Assembly: GCA_963817245.1 (NCBI GenBank)
Contig: CAWFNQ010000002.1
Location: 35,281-99,280, forward strand
Direction: 5' to 3'
DNA from: an uncultured Chloroflexia bacterium
Lineage (GTDB): Bacteria > Chloroflexota > Limnocylindria > Limnocylindrales > CSP1-4
Length of the DNA: 64,000 nucleotides
In this document: piece after piece, positions 35,904-47,128 of the stretch
Layout of the letters: each line of letters begins with the position of its first letter
How positions within the stretch are numbered: position 1 is the stretch's first letter
The notes under the pieces: model-generated
The model's input: the letters and a program-made list of their open reading frames with translations, nothing else
What the model was told of the DNA's origin: nothing
Databases searched by the model: none
Position numbers and translations under genes: made by a program

Positions 35904-37052
35904 ATGAAGGTTGGTGTCGCCAAGGAGACCGCGCCCGGCGAACGGCGGGTCGCCCTGGTGCCCGAGGCCCTCGGCAAGCTGACCGCGGCCGGGCTCGAGA
36001 TCCTCGTGGAGACCGGCGCCGGCGCCGGCTCCGCGTTCCCCGACTCGGCCTACCAGGAGGCCGGCGCGACGGTCGTCTCGACCGATGCCCTCTACGCGGG
36101 GGCGGATGTCATCCTCAGGGTCGCCAAGCCGTCACCGGAGGAGGCGGCCAGGCTGCGCAGCGGCCAGGCGGTCGTCGGGTTCCTGCAGCCGCTCATCGAC
36201 CCAGGACTGGCCAGGACGCTGGCCGATCTCGGCGTCACTGCGATCAGCCTCGATGCGATCCCGCGGACGTTGTCCCGGGCGCAGACGATGGATGCCCTTT
36301 CGAGCCAGGCGAACGTCGGTGGCTACAAGGCGGTCCTCATCGCGGCGAACGCCTACCCACGCTACTTCCCGCTGCTGACGACCGCCGCCGGCACGGCCAA
36401 GCCCGCCAACCTCCTGATCCTCGGGATCGGCGTGGCCGGCCTGCAGGCGATCGGCACGGCCAAGCGTCTCGGGGCCGTGGTCCATGCCTACGACGTGCGG
36501 CCCGAGACGCGCGAGCAGGCGGAGAGCCTCGGCGCGAAGTTCGTCAAGCTCAAGACCACGATCGATGCGACCGGCGCGGGCGGCTACGCCCGTGAGCTGA
36601 CCGCCGAGGAGCGCGCCGCGCAGCAGGCGGAGCTCAACGAGGTCATCGGCGGCATGGACGTGGTCATCACCACCGCCCAGGTCCCGGGCCGCAAGCCACC
36701 GGTCCTCGTCACCGTGGAAGCCGTCGGCAAGATGAAGCCCGGTTCGGTCATCGTGGACATGGCGGCGTCGACGCTCGGCGGGAACGTGGAGCTCTCGAAG
36801 GTCGGCGAGACCATCGAGACCTCGAACGCCGTGACGATCATCGCGCCCGACAACCTGCCGGCCTCGATGCCGGCCGGCGCGTCCGCCTTCTACGCCCGCA
36901 ACATCTCGGCCCTGCTGCTCGGGATGGTCAAGGACGGTGCGCTCCACCTCGACTTCGAGGACGAGGTCACGAAGTCGACGGTCATCACGAACGGCGGGGC
37001 GGTCCTGTCGGACGCCGTCAAGAAGCTGCTCGAGCCCGGAGGCGCGGCGTGA
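35904..37052 (+). CDS. pntAA: NAD(P) transhydrogenase subunit alpha, part 1 (dI)
   Basis: MKVGVAKETAPGERRVALVPE...MDALSSQANVGGYKAVL...LILGIGVAGLQAIGTAKRLGA. 382 aa from ATG 35904. Confidence 0.9.
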   Translation: MKVGVAKETAPGERRVALVPEALGKLTAAGLEILVETGAGAGSAFPDSAYQEAGATVVSTDALYAGADVILRVAKPSPEEAARLRSGQAVVGFLQPLIDPGLARTLADLGVTAISLDAIPRTLSRAQTMDALSSQANVGGYKAVLIAANAYPRYFPLLTTAAGTAKPANLLILGIGVAGLQAIGTAKRLGAVVHAYDVRPETREQAESLGAKFVKLKTTIDATGAGGYARELTAEERAAQQAELNEVIGGMDVVITTAQVPGRKPPVLVTVEAVGKMKPGSVIVDMAASTLGGNVELSKVGETIETSNAVTIIAPDNLPASMPAGASAFYARNISALLLGMVKDGALHLDFEDEVTKSTVITNGGAVLSDAVKKLLEPGGAA

Positions 37053-37387
37053 TCCCGCAAGACGTCCTCGACCTGCTCAACAACCTGACGATCTTCGTCC
37101 TGGCGATCCTCGTCGGGTTCGCGGTCATCAGCAAGGTCCCGGCCACGCTCCACACCCCGCTGATGTCGGGCGCCAACTCGATCCATGGGATCGTGCTCGT
37201 CGGCGCGATGATCATCGCCGCCGAGGTGAACGATCCGATCGGCTACTTCCTCGCGCTCGTGGCCGTGGCATTCGCGTCGATGAACGTCGTCGGCGGCTAC
37301 GTGGTCACCGACCGGATGCTCCAGATGTTCAAGAAGAAGCCTGCGGCTCCCAAGCCCGCCGAGGCGGACGCGGAGGCCCAGGCCTAG
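37049..37387 (+). CDS. pntAB: NAD(P) transhydrogenase subunit alpha, part 2 (membrane)
   Basis: LTIFVLAILVGFAVISKVPATLHTPLMSGANSIHGIVLVGA...NVVGGYVVTDRMLQMF. The GTG overlaps the pntAA stop. Confidence 0.9.
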   Translation: MIPQDVLDLLNNLTIFVLAILVGFAVISKVPATLHTPLMSGANSIHGIVLVGAMIIAAEVNDPIGYFLALVAVAFASMNVVGGYVVTDRMLQMFKKKPAAPKPAEADAEAQA

Positions 37388-38821
37388 ATGGACACCCTCG
37401 GCTACATCGAAGTCCTCGTTCGCGTCCTGTGGGTCGCCGGCGCCGTCTGCTTCGTGCTCGGCCTGGTCCGCATGAACTCCCCCGCCACCGCCCGCAACGG
37501 CAACCTGCTGTCGGCCGGCGGCATGGTCGTCGCCATCGGCGCGACCGCCGTTCTGCTGCTCGCCCAGCAGCTGCTCGGCGACGGATTCGCGGTCACGGGC
37601 TGGGTGATCATCGTCATCGGCATCGCGATCGGCGGTGGGCTCGGCCTGTACACGGCCAAGACCGTGAAGATGACCGCGATGCCGCAGCTGGTCTCGTTGT
37701 TCAACGCGGTCGGCGGCGGCGCGGCGGCCCTCATCGCGATCGAGGATTACCTCAACTTCAACAACGTCGGCGGGTCGATCCCGCTGAGCACGAACCTGTT
37801 CATCGTCCTCGACATCATCATCGGCTCGATCACATTCAGCGGGTCGCTCATCGCCTCGGGCAAGCTCCAGGGGCTGATCGCCGGCAAGCCGATCATGATC
37901 CCGGGCGGGCGGCTGGTGACCCTGGCCCTCGCGGTGGTGACGCTCATCGCCGCCCTCGTCCTCTTCGCGACCGGCACACCGAACGTGGCGGTCATGCTCG
38001 TGATCCTTGCCGCGGCCCTGATCTTCGGCGTGACGATGACGCTGCCCATCGGCGGCGCCGACATGCCGGTCGTCATCAGCCTCTTGAACTCGTTCACGGG
38101 CACGGCCGTAGCCATGGCCGGCTTCGTCATCGACAACCCGGTGCTGATCATCGCCGGCGCCCTGGTGGGTGCCTCGGGCGCGATCCTGACCAAGCTCATG
38201 GCCGACGCGATGAACCGCTCGGTCATCAACATCATGCTCGGCGGCTTCGGGGGCGGCGAGGGGACGCAGACCGTGACCGGGGCCGGTGGCGGTTCGGTCC
38301 GCGAGATCAGCGCCGACGACGTGGCGATCCAGCTGGCGTACGCCCAGCACGTGATCATCGTGCCGGGCTACGGCCTCGCGGTCGCCCAGGCGCAGCACGC
38401 CGTGCGCGAGCTGGCCGACCTCCTCGAGGAACGCGGCGTCGACGTCAAGTACGCGATCCACCCGGTCGCGGGGCGGATGCCGGGGCACATGAACGTCCTC
38501 CTGGCGGAGGCGAACGTGCCCTACCCGCAGCTCAAGGAGATGGACGACATCAACCCCGAGTTCGACCGGTGCGACGTGGCCCTGGTCATCGGCGCCAACG
38601 ACGTCACGAACCCGGCGGCTCGCCGCCCCGGCTCGCCGGTGTCGGGGATGCCGATCCTCGACGTGGACCACGCCAAGTCCATCGTCGTCATCAAGCGCTC
38701 GATGGGCCGCGGCTACGCCGGCATCGACAACGAGCTGTACACGGACCCGAAGACGGGGATGCTCTTCGCCGACGCGAAGGACGGCCTGGCCGCCCTGACC
38801 GCCGCCGTCAAGGCCCTGTAA
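37388..38821 (+). CDS. pntB: NAD(P) transhydrogenase subunit beta
   Basis: 477 aa: ...MPQLVSLFNAVGGGAAAL...VIIVPGYGLAVAQAQH...AIHPVAGRMPGHMNVLLAEA...ALVIGANDVTNPAA. Confidence 0.9.
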   Translation: MDTLGYIEVLVRVLWVAGAVCFVLGLVRMNSPATARNGNLLSAGGMVVAIGATAVLLLAQQLLGDGFAVTGWVIIVIGIAIGGGLGLYTAKTVKMTAMPQLVSLFNAVGGGAAALIAIEDYLNFNNVGGSIPLSTNLFIVLDIIIGSITFSGSLIASGKLQGLIAGKPIMIPGGRLVTLALAVVTLIAALVLFATGTPNVAVMLVILAAALIFGVTMTLPIGGADMPVVISLLNSFTGTAVAMAGFVIDNPVLIIAGALVGASGAILTKLMADAMNRSVINIMLGGFGGGEGTQTVTGAGGGSVREISADDVAIQLAYAQHVIIVPGYGLAVAQAQHAVRELADLLEERGVDVKYAIHPVAGRMPGHMNVLLAEANVPYPQLKEMDDINPEFDRCDVALVIGANDVTNPAARRPGSPVSGMPILDVDHAKSIVVIKRSMGRGYAGIDNELYTDPKTGMLFADAKDGLAALTAAVKAL

Positions 38822-38847
38822 GCGCGGCCGGCGCGAGTCGGCCGCGC
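38822..38847 (+). terminator. GC hairpin after pntB (possible terminator, no U tract)
   Basis: GCGCGGCCG (38822-30) / CGGCCGCGC (38839-47) form a perfect 9-bp stem with an 8-nt loop, immediately after the pntB stop. Confidence 0.35.
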
Positions 38848-38900
38848 GCGTCCCTCCGCCGGTCACAGGGCCCGGCGGGCGCGGAGCCCTGCCACTGGCC

Positions 38901-39924
38901 ATGCATCTCGACCCGACGCTCGTCCTCGCGATCCTGATGGCGTTCGCGTTCGCGCTGACGAACGGGTTCCACGACGCCGCGAACTCGATCGCCACGATCG
39001 TGGCGACGCGGGTCGCCCGGCCGCTGCCGGCGGTGGCCATGGCGTCGGTCTTCAACCTCGTCGGGCCGCTCGTCTTCGGGGCGGCCGTGGCGAACACCGT
39101 CGGGAAGCTCGTGTCCGTCGACCCGGCCCACACGGTCCCGGTCATCGGCGCCGGCCTGACCGGCGCCGTGCTGTGGAACACGTTCACCTGGCGCCGGAAC
39201 CTCCCGTCGAGCTCCAGCCACGCCCTCGTCGGTGGACTGGTCGGCGCGGCGCTCCTCGAGTCCGGCCCGGACTCGATCAACCTGGGCCCCGTGTCGCACG
39301 GCCAGCTCAGTGGGGTGCTCGGGGTCCTCGTCGGCATGCTCGTCGCGACGATCCTCGGCTTCGTCGTCGCGTTCGTGCTCTCGCGGCTCGCCCTGCGGGC
39401 GACGCGTCGCGCGTCCACCCGGCTGCACCGCCCGGTGGCGAGCGCCCAGTGGGTGGCCTCGGCCTGGCTCGCGTTCAGCCACGGATCCAACGACGCACAG
39501 AAGACCATCGGGATCATCGCCGGGCTCCTCGTGGCCAGTGGGAACGCCACGACCCTGACGGCGCCGCTGCCGGTCGTCCTCGGCGCCGCGATCGCCCTCA
39601 CCCTCGGGCACGGCGCTCGGCGGTTGGGGCATCATCAAGACCGTCGGCCGTCGGATCTTCCCGATCCGGAGCCTCGACGGTCTCGTCAGCCAGACGGCGT
39701 CCGCGGGCGTCATCTTCGCCGCCTCGATCGCCGGGGCGCCGGTGAGCACCACGCAGGTCGTCTCGAGCTCGATCGTGGGGATCGGCGGCGGCCGGTCGCG
39801 CTGGCGTCACGTGAGCTGGGAGGTGGTCCGCCAGATCGCCTTCGCGTGGGTCACGACGATGCCGGCGGCCGGGCTCATCGCCGCCCTCGCCCTACCGATC
39901 TGGAAGGCGCTGCCGGGAGGATGA
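38901..39924 (+). pseudogene. PiT-family inorganic phosphate transporter, one frame change near 39606
   Basis: ALTNGFHDAANSIATIVATR...SSSHALVGGLVGA...FSHGSNDAQKTIGII... then, in another frame, TALGGWGIIKTVGRRIF...STTQVVSSSIVGIGGG. An extra G is visible in the run 39606-08. Confidence 0.8.
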
Positions 39925-39928
39925 ACCG

Positions 39929-40559
39929 ATGCCGGGCAAGATGAGCTGGTTCCTGCCGGAGACCCCGGACGTCCTCGGTACGCTCCGTCATCAGGCGGCC
40001 GTCACGAAGGAGGGGATGGCCGCCCTGGTCGAGTGGGCGAACGGCGACGCGAGCGCGAGCGACCGGATCCGCGACGCGGAGCATCGGGCCGACGAGATCA
40101 AGGCCCAGCTCCGGGCGTCGCTCAAGACCGCGTTCATCACGCCGATCGGCGCCGAGGACCTCTTCGTGATGTCGGGGCGGCTGGACGCGGTGCTCAACGG
40201 CGCGAAGGACGCGGTCCGCGAGTCCGAGGTCATGGCCATGCCACCCGACGCGACCGTGGCGACGATGTCGGCGCAGCTGGCCGAGGCCGTCGGGCAACTC
40301 GCCGTGGCCTTCGACCGGATCGGGAACGAGCGAGGCGAACGGCGACGGCGACGCCGCGACGGATGCCGCGGATCGGGCGGTGAAGGTCCAACGCCAGATG
40401 GAGCGCACGTATCGTCTCGGGATGTCGTCCCTCCTGGAGGTGGCCGACCTGCGCGAGGTGATGGGCCGCCGCGAGCTCTACCGGCGGTTCGCGCGGATCG
40501 GCGACGACGTAGTCGAGGTCGCCGAGCGGGTGTGGTACGCGGCGGTCAAGGAGGCCTGA
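39929..40559 (+). pseudogene. DUF47 / PhoU-like putative phosphate-transport regulator, one frame change near 40340
   Basis: The N-terminal part is FLPETPDVLGTLRHQAAVTKEGMAAL...AEHRADEIKAQLRASL...FITPIGAEDL. The C-terminus, hand-translated in another frame, is ADRAVKVQRQMERTYRLGMSSLLEVADLREVMGRRELYRRFARIGDDVVEVAERVWYAAVKEA*. Confidence 0.7.
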
Positions 40560-40577
40560 CGGCGCTACCCTGACCGG

Positions 40578-42007
40578 GTGCACCCCGCCGAGACCACCCT
40601 CCCGGCCGTCGGCCTGACCGGGGGCCCGCCCGCGTTCCACATGCTGGCGAAGCCGACGGGCGCGACGTGCAACCTCGACTGCGCGTACTGCTTCTTCCTC
40701 TCGAAGGAGATGCTGTACCCGGGCAGTCGCTTCCGCATGGCGGACGAGCTCCTCGAGACCTACATCCGACAACTGATCGAGGGGCACCGAACGCCCCATG
40801 TGACCGTCGCCTGGCAGGGCGGCGAGCCGACGCTGATGGGGGCCGACTTCTTCCGCCGCGCCCATGCGTACGTGGACCGGTACCGGCGTCCCGGGATGAG
40901 CGTCGAGTACACGATCCAGACGAACGGCACGCTGATCGACGACGAGCTGGCGGCGCTGTTCAAGGAGCACGAGTACCTCGTCGGGATCAGCATCGACGGA
41001 CCGCCCGAGATGCATGACGCCTACCGCGTTGATCGCGGCGGGGCGCCGACGTCGGACCGCGTCCTGCGCGGGCTCGAGACCCTCAAGCGACACGGCGTCG
41101 AGTTCAACACGCTGACGACGCTCCATCGGGCCAACGCCGATCACCCGCTCGAGGTGTACCGCTACCTGCGCGACGACCTGGGATCGAAGTACCTCCAGTT
41201 CATCCCGATCATCGAGCGTCTGCCCACGCCGCAGATCGATGTCCCGCTCGACGAGCTCGGCCTGTCGCCGGGGCTGGCCCGCGAGGCGCCGTGGCGGTCC
41301 TGGCGGGACCGTCCGCTCTATCGCCAGGAAGGCGAGCTGGTCACGGACCGCTCGGTGACGGCCGACCAGTACGGGCGCTTCCTCATCGCGGTGTTCGAGG
41401 AATGGGTCAGGCGCGACATCGGCGAGGTCTACGTCCAGATGTTCGACGTCGCGCTCGCGAACTGGCACGGCGAGCCGGGCGGCCTGTGCGTCTTCGAGCC
41501 CACCTGCGGCGGGGCCCTGACCATGGAGCACAACGGCGATGTCTATTCGTGCGACCACTTCGTGGAGGAGGCCTACAAGCTCGGCAACATCACCGAGACC
41601 CCGATGGCCGAGCTGGTCGCATCACCGGCCCAGCGGAAGTTCGGCCAGGACAAGCTCGACACGCTGCCGCAGTTCTGCCTCGATTGCGACGTCCGCTTCG
41701 CGTGTCACGGGGCATGCCCCAAGGACCGCTTCATCCGGACGCCGGCCGGCGAGCCGGGGCTCAACTACCTGTGCGCCGGCTACAAGGCCTTCTTCCACCA
41801 CGTGGACGCGCCGATGCGGGCGATGTCCGACCTGTTGCGCCAGGGCCGGGCGCCATCCGAGCTGATGGCGGCCTACGCGACACGCGACGCCGCCATCCCG
41901 CGGCGGTCGCCAAGGCCGGCCGCAACGACCCGTGCCCGTGCGGCAGCGGCCGCAAGGTCAAGCACTGCCACGGCCATACTGAGGCGGGATCGATCGCCGC
42001 GGGCTGA
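40578..42007 (+). pseudogene. Anaerobic sulfatase-maturating enzyme (radical SAM/SPASM) with C-terminal SEC-C motif, one frame change near 41895
   Basis: AKPTGATCNLDCAYCFF is the CxxxCxxC motif. Also present: ...WQGGEPTLMG...IQTNGTLIDDE...GISIDGP...CGGALTMEHNGDVYSCDHF...CLDCDVRFACHGACPKDRF (SPASM). The tail GRNDPCPCGSGRKVKHCHG is in another frame (ORF 41291-42007). Confidence 0.8.
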
Positions 42008-42105
42008 GCTGCTGTGCCGAGGCGCGTTCACCCGACGTTGATGTCTCGGACACGGGCACCGGGGATGCTGCCCGTCGGGGACCAAGTCTGCAGGAGGTCC
42101 GGATC

Positions 42106-44454
42106 GTGGCGAAGCCATTCAAGGGCACGGTCAACATCGACATCAAGGACTCGACGCCGGACTGGGAGCCGTACACCCAGCCGATCGCGCCGAAAGGCGC
42201 GCCGAACGTCCTCTATGTCGTCCTCGACGATGTCGGCTTCTCGGCGATGGAGCCCTACGGCGGCCTGATCGAGACGCCGAACATCAAGCGCATCGCGGAC
42301 CGCGGCCTGACCTATACGAACTTCCATACGACCGCGCTCTGCTCGCCGACCCGCTCCTGCCTGATGACCGGCCGCAACCACACCCGCAACGGGATGGCGT
42401 GCATCACCGAGGCCACGTCCGGGTTCCCGAACGCCAACGGGCACATCCCGTTCGAGAACGCCAACATCGCCGAGGTCCTCGGCCAGCACGGCTGGAACAC
42501 CTACATCGTCGGCAAGTGGCACCTGTGCGCCGAGGACGAGATGAACCTCGCCTCCTCGAAGCGCCAGTGGCCGCTCGGCCGCGGCTTCGAGCGCTACTAC
42601 GGGTTCCTCGGCGGCGAGACGAACCAGTGGTATCCGGACCTCGTGTACGACAACCATCCGGTCGCCCAGCCGGCCCTGCCGGAGGACGGCTACCACCTGT
42701 CCGTCGATCTGACCGACAAGGCGATCGAGTTCATCCAGGACGCCAAGGCGGTCGCGCCCGACAAGCCGTTCATGCTCTATTACTGCCCCGGCGCGGCACA
42801 CGCCCCCCACCACGTCCCGCGCGAGTGGGCCGACAAGTACAAGGGCGTCTTCGACATGGGCTACGAGGCCTACCGCGATGGGGTCCTCGAGCGGCAGAAG
42901 GCGATGGGCCTGCTGCCCGAGGGCGTCGAACTCTCGCCGCGCGATCCCTATGCCGACACGACCAGCCATGACGGGAAGACGTGGTCCCTCAACGACCGCG
43001 TCCGGCCGTGGGATTCGCTCTCGGTCGGACGAGCAGCGGCTGTTCTCGCGGATGGCCGAGGTCTACGCCGGTTTCCTGAGCCACGCCGACCACCAGCTGG
43101 GTCGCCTGCTCGACTTCCTGGAGGGCAGCGGCGAACTCGACAACACGATCATCGTCCTGGTCTCCGACAACGGGGCATCGGGCGAGGGCGGGCCGAACGG
43201 CTCGGTCAACGAGAACAAGTTCTTCAACGGCATCCCGGACTCCATCGAGGAGAACCTCAAGCTCATCGACGAGCTGGGGAGCACGAAGACCTACAACCAC
43301 TACCCGACGGGCTGGGCGTGGGCCTTCAACACGCCGTACAAGCTGTGGAAGCGGTACGCCAACTTCGAGGGCGGGACGGCCGACCCCTGATCGTCGCCTG
43401 GCCGAAGGGCGTCAAGGCCGCCGGGGAGTACCGGCGCCAGTACACGCACGCGATCGATATCGTCCCGACGCTCTACGAGTGCCTCGGCATCGAGATGCCC
43501 GAGGTCGTCAACGGCTACACCCAGTCCCAGCTCGACGGCGTGAGCTTCCGGGCGACGCTCGACGACGCCGATGCGACGACCGCCAAGGAGACGCAGTTCT
43601 ACTCGATGCTCGGGACGCGGGCGATCTGGCACAAGGGCTGGAAGGCGGCGACGGCGGTCCCGGCCGCGCCGGAGTCATGGGGCGATTTCAACCAGCAGCG
43701 CTGGGAGCTCTACGACACGACGACCGATCCGAGCGAATGCCAAGACCTGGCGGCGGACCATCCGGACAAGCTCCAGGATCTCATCGCCCTCTGGTGGGCC
43801 GAGGCCGGGGCGAACCAGGCCCTGCCCCTGGAATCCCGAGGCGCCATCGAGATCCTCGGGACCGCGCGACCGGAGCTCTCCAGCCCGCGGAGTCGGTACG
43901 TGTACTACCCCGGTGGCGCGGAGGTCCCGGAGTCGAGCGCCCCGAACATCCGCAATCGCTCCTACACGGTCGGCGTGGAGGTCGACATCGCGTCGCCGGA
44001 GGCCAGCGGCGTCCTCTTCTCGCAGGGCTCCCGGTTCGGTGGCCACGCGCTGTACGTCAAGGACGGCCTGCTTGACCTACGTGTACAACTTCGTGGGCGA
44101 GCATCTCCAGGTGATCGAGTTCGAGCGAACGGGTCCCGACCGGGCACGTCGTCCTGTCGGCGACGTTCGAGCGCCAGAACCAGGCGATGCCCACCCAGGG
44201 CGTGCTGACCCTCCACATCCGCGACAAGGCCTGTCGGACAGGGCGGGATCATGACCCAGCCCGGCAAGTTCGGCCTCGGCGGTGGCGGGCTGGTCCTCGG
44301 ACGGTCGGGTGCGGAGCCCGTGACCGATGACTACCCCGGCGTTCGGCCATGGCCGTTCGTCGGCGGGACGATCATCAAGGCGGTCATCGACGTCAGCGGC
44401 GAGGCCTTCGTCGACCTCGCGCGCGAGGCGGCCGCGATGTTCGCTCGCCAATGA
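42106..44454 (+). pseudogene. Arylsulfatase (Cys-type, formylglycine-dependent), about 5 frame changes
   Basis: NVLYVVLDDVGFS...ALCSPTRSCLMTGRNH (sulfatase signature)...GKWHL...; then IIVLVSDNGASGEGGPNG...HYPTGWAWAFNTPYKLWKRYANFEGGTADP in a second frame; LIVAWPKG...GVSF... back in the first; the tail (LTYVYNFVGEHLQV..., ...FGLGGGGLVLGRSGAEPVTDDY...) is in further frames. Confidence 0.85.
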
Positions 44455-46063
44455 CCGAGGGCCCGCGCTGAAGCGTCCGCCACTCCCGTCGTTCATCGCG
44501 GACCTGTTCGTCGATCCTGTCGCGCAGGGCGCCCTGCTGGCGGGATCGGTGGCCCTGTTCGCCGCGGCGCTGGATCCCCAGGTCTGGAGTCCGGCCCTGC
44601 CGTCGGTCCAGGCGGCGGTCCGGGCGAACCCCGACCTGGAGACGCTGACGGTCCTGGCCTCGACCGCGGCGGCGGCGCTGCTGCTCCTCGGTGGCGCGAT
44701 CGGCGACTCACGCCCGGCCAGGCCGATCATCCTCGGCGGGCTCTCGCTCGAAGCCGTGGGCTGCCTCATCGCCGTCGTCATCCCCAGCGGCCCGATCTTC
44801 GTCGTCGCGCGACTCGTGGGTCATGCCAGCGCGGCGTTCGTCATCCCGGTGTCGATCGCCCTGGTCGCGACGAGCTACCGCGGGCCGGTCCGGGCGACCG
44901 CGATCGGGATCGCCTACGGCGCCTACGGGGCGGCCGGCGCGGCTGCCCCGATCCTGCTGCAGCTCGTGCCGGGCGAACGCTGGCCGGCATTCCTGGCCGC
45001 GTTCGTCGCATGCGTCATCGCGATCCGCGTTGCATCGACCACGTCCTGACGCTGCGGCGGCCGTCGCTCGCCGAGCGCCCGCTGGTCGTCGGTGTGGCCG
45101 TCTGGGCCTTCGGGATCATCGTGATGACCGTCGGGTTGACATGGTTCAACGGCGGCTTCGACAACCCGGTCCGCTGGGCGCTGATCATCGGTGGCCCGGC
45201 GCTCGTGATCGGCTTCGACCGGCTGGCTCGTGCTCGAGCCGCGCCCCCGCCCGACATCATCCGTCGAAATGTCGCGATCGCGCTGTTCGTCGGGGTGGCC
45301 ATCGCGATCTCGCAGACGGCGGCGATGCTCGACCTGCCGCTCTACTTCCGGCTGGTGCTCGGGTACGGACCGGTGATGGCGACCGTGGCCCTGGCCCCGC
45401 TCTTCGGCGCGCTGGTCGTCGCGGGCCCGGTGGCCGGGCTTCCTGCTCGAGCGTGTCGCACCGCGCTGGCTGGTCGGCGGGGGCGTCATCTTCGTCGGGC
45501 TCGGGAACCTGGTCCTGGCGGCCGTGGCCACCCAGTCCGCGTCCTACCTCGGGTTCATCGTCCCGTGCCTGCTCATCGGGGCGGGCTTCGTGGTGGCCAC
45601 GACCGTCCGCACGGCGATCATCTTCGCCAGCGTTCCCAGGGGTTGCCGGCGACCGCGGCGGCGTTGAACGAAGCCTCGATCGCGGTCGGCTCGCGGCTCG
45701 GGATCGTGCTCGTCAGCGCGGTCGTCGCCCAGGTCGCCCTCTCGACCTACAGCGCATCCCTCGCGGGCTGCCGGGCCGCAGGCCGAGGCCGCCATCGCCG
45801 CCTTCCGCACGGTGCTCGTCGCCGTCGGGACGCCGTCGTTCAGCCAGGTCGCGACGACCATCGGTGCCGCCGACGTCCGTCCGTACGTCGATGCCTACTT
45901 GGCAGGCCTCAACGAGGCCTTCATCTTCTGCGGCCTCGTCGGCGTGGTCGGGGGCGTCATCGCCTTTCTTGCGTTCGGGCAGTCGGATCCGCTCCGGACC
46001 GTCTGGGACAATCGCGACGAACGGTCGGCCAGGGAACCCTCGGAGACGGCCGCCACGGCCTGA
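44451..46063 (+). pseudogene. MFS transporter, about 5 frame changes
   Basis: Consecutive TM-rich pieces lie in three frames: ...LLLLGGAIGDSRPARPIILGGLSLEAVGCLIAVV...; ...VGVAVWAFGIIVMTVGL...LFVGVAIAISQTAAM...; ...WLVGGGVIFVGLGNLVLAAV...IGAGFVVATTVRTAIIFASVP; ...NEASIAVGSRLGIVLVSAVV...; ...FIFCGLVGVVGGVIAFLAFG. ATG 44451 overlaps the sulfatase stop. Confidence 0.7.
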
Positions 46064-46301
46064 CGGCCCACGCTCGCATCGACCCGCTTTGGGGACCACT
46101 GGGGCGTATGCTGACCGGCACCGGATGACGACCCCCGCGCGTGTGTGTCGGCGTCCGCGGTGGAAGGGAGTCCACGGCCGATGGCGCGGAGGCGTCACGA
46201 CCGTGCGTACGCGTCAGGGCCAGTGGTTCCACGAGGAGGACCCCATCGTGGATGGGCCCGCCGGCCCATCCAGTCGATCGGATGCAGGTGAGGTGAGCGG
46301 G

Positions 46302-47128
46302 ATGACAGCGAGCACATCGGGCGATGCCACGGGCGAGCCCCTCCTGGCGTGGCTCGAGCGGCGTACGGCCGGGTCCCGGCAGCACGACATCGACTTCGAC
46401 AATGCGGGGCTCGAGTTCCGCCGACTGTTCAGCGAAGTCTGGGGAACGTTCCTCCTGGTCCTCGTGGCGGCTGGCGGTGGGGTCATCGGCGCGACCGCCT
46501 TCGGGTCCGACCTGACCCTGGCGATGAAGGCCCTGGCGCCCGGCATGATGGTCATGGGCATCATCTTCTTCATGGGCCCGATCGGGGGCGCCCACCTCAA
46601 CCCGGCGGTCACCATGGCGTTCGCGGTCCGCGGGAACTTCCCGTGGCGACGCGTGCCCGGGCTACATCGTCGCCCAGGTCATCGGAGCGATCCTCGCGTC
46701 GGTGTTCCTGCAACTGATGTACGGCGGCATCATCAACGGCGCCACCGAGCCCACGCCGGACGTCAACCAGGGCGTCGCCGTGCTGACCGAGGCCGTCCTG
46801 ACCCTCGGCCTCGTCAGCGTCATCCTCGGGACGGCGACCGGTGCTCGGAACGTCGGCTTCAACGGTGCGATCGCGGTCGGCGCATACATCGGCCTCGTCT
46901 CGGTGTGGGGTGCCCCGGTGACCGGCGCGTCGATGAACCCGGCGCGTTCGTTCGGGCCGATGCTGGTCGGCGGCGACCTGACGAACTACTGGATCTACCT
47001 CGTCGGGCCACTCGCTCGGCGCGATGATCGCGGTCGCCTTCGAATTCATCCTCCGCGGCAGGGCCACCAAGGCCGGCGCCGAGGCCGCCCAGGGCATCCT
47101 CGACGAGGCGAATCCGGCCGCGCTATGA
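46302..47128 (+). pseudogene. MIP-family channel (aquaporin/glycerol facilitator), 2 frame changes
   Basis: Both NPA boxes are present: GGAHLNPAVTMAF and GASMNPARSFGP. The frame changes at 46659-61 (extra G in CCCGGG) and near 47010. The hand-translated tail is GAMIAVAFEFILRGRATKAG...*. Confidence 0.8.
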
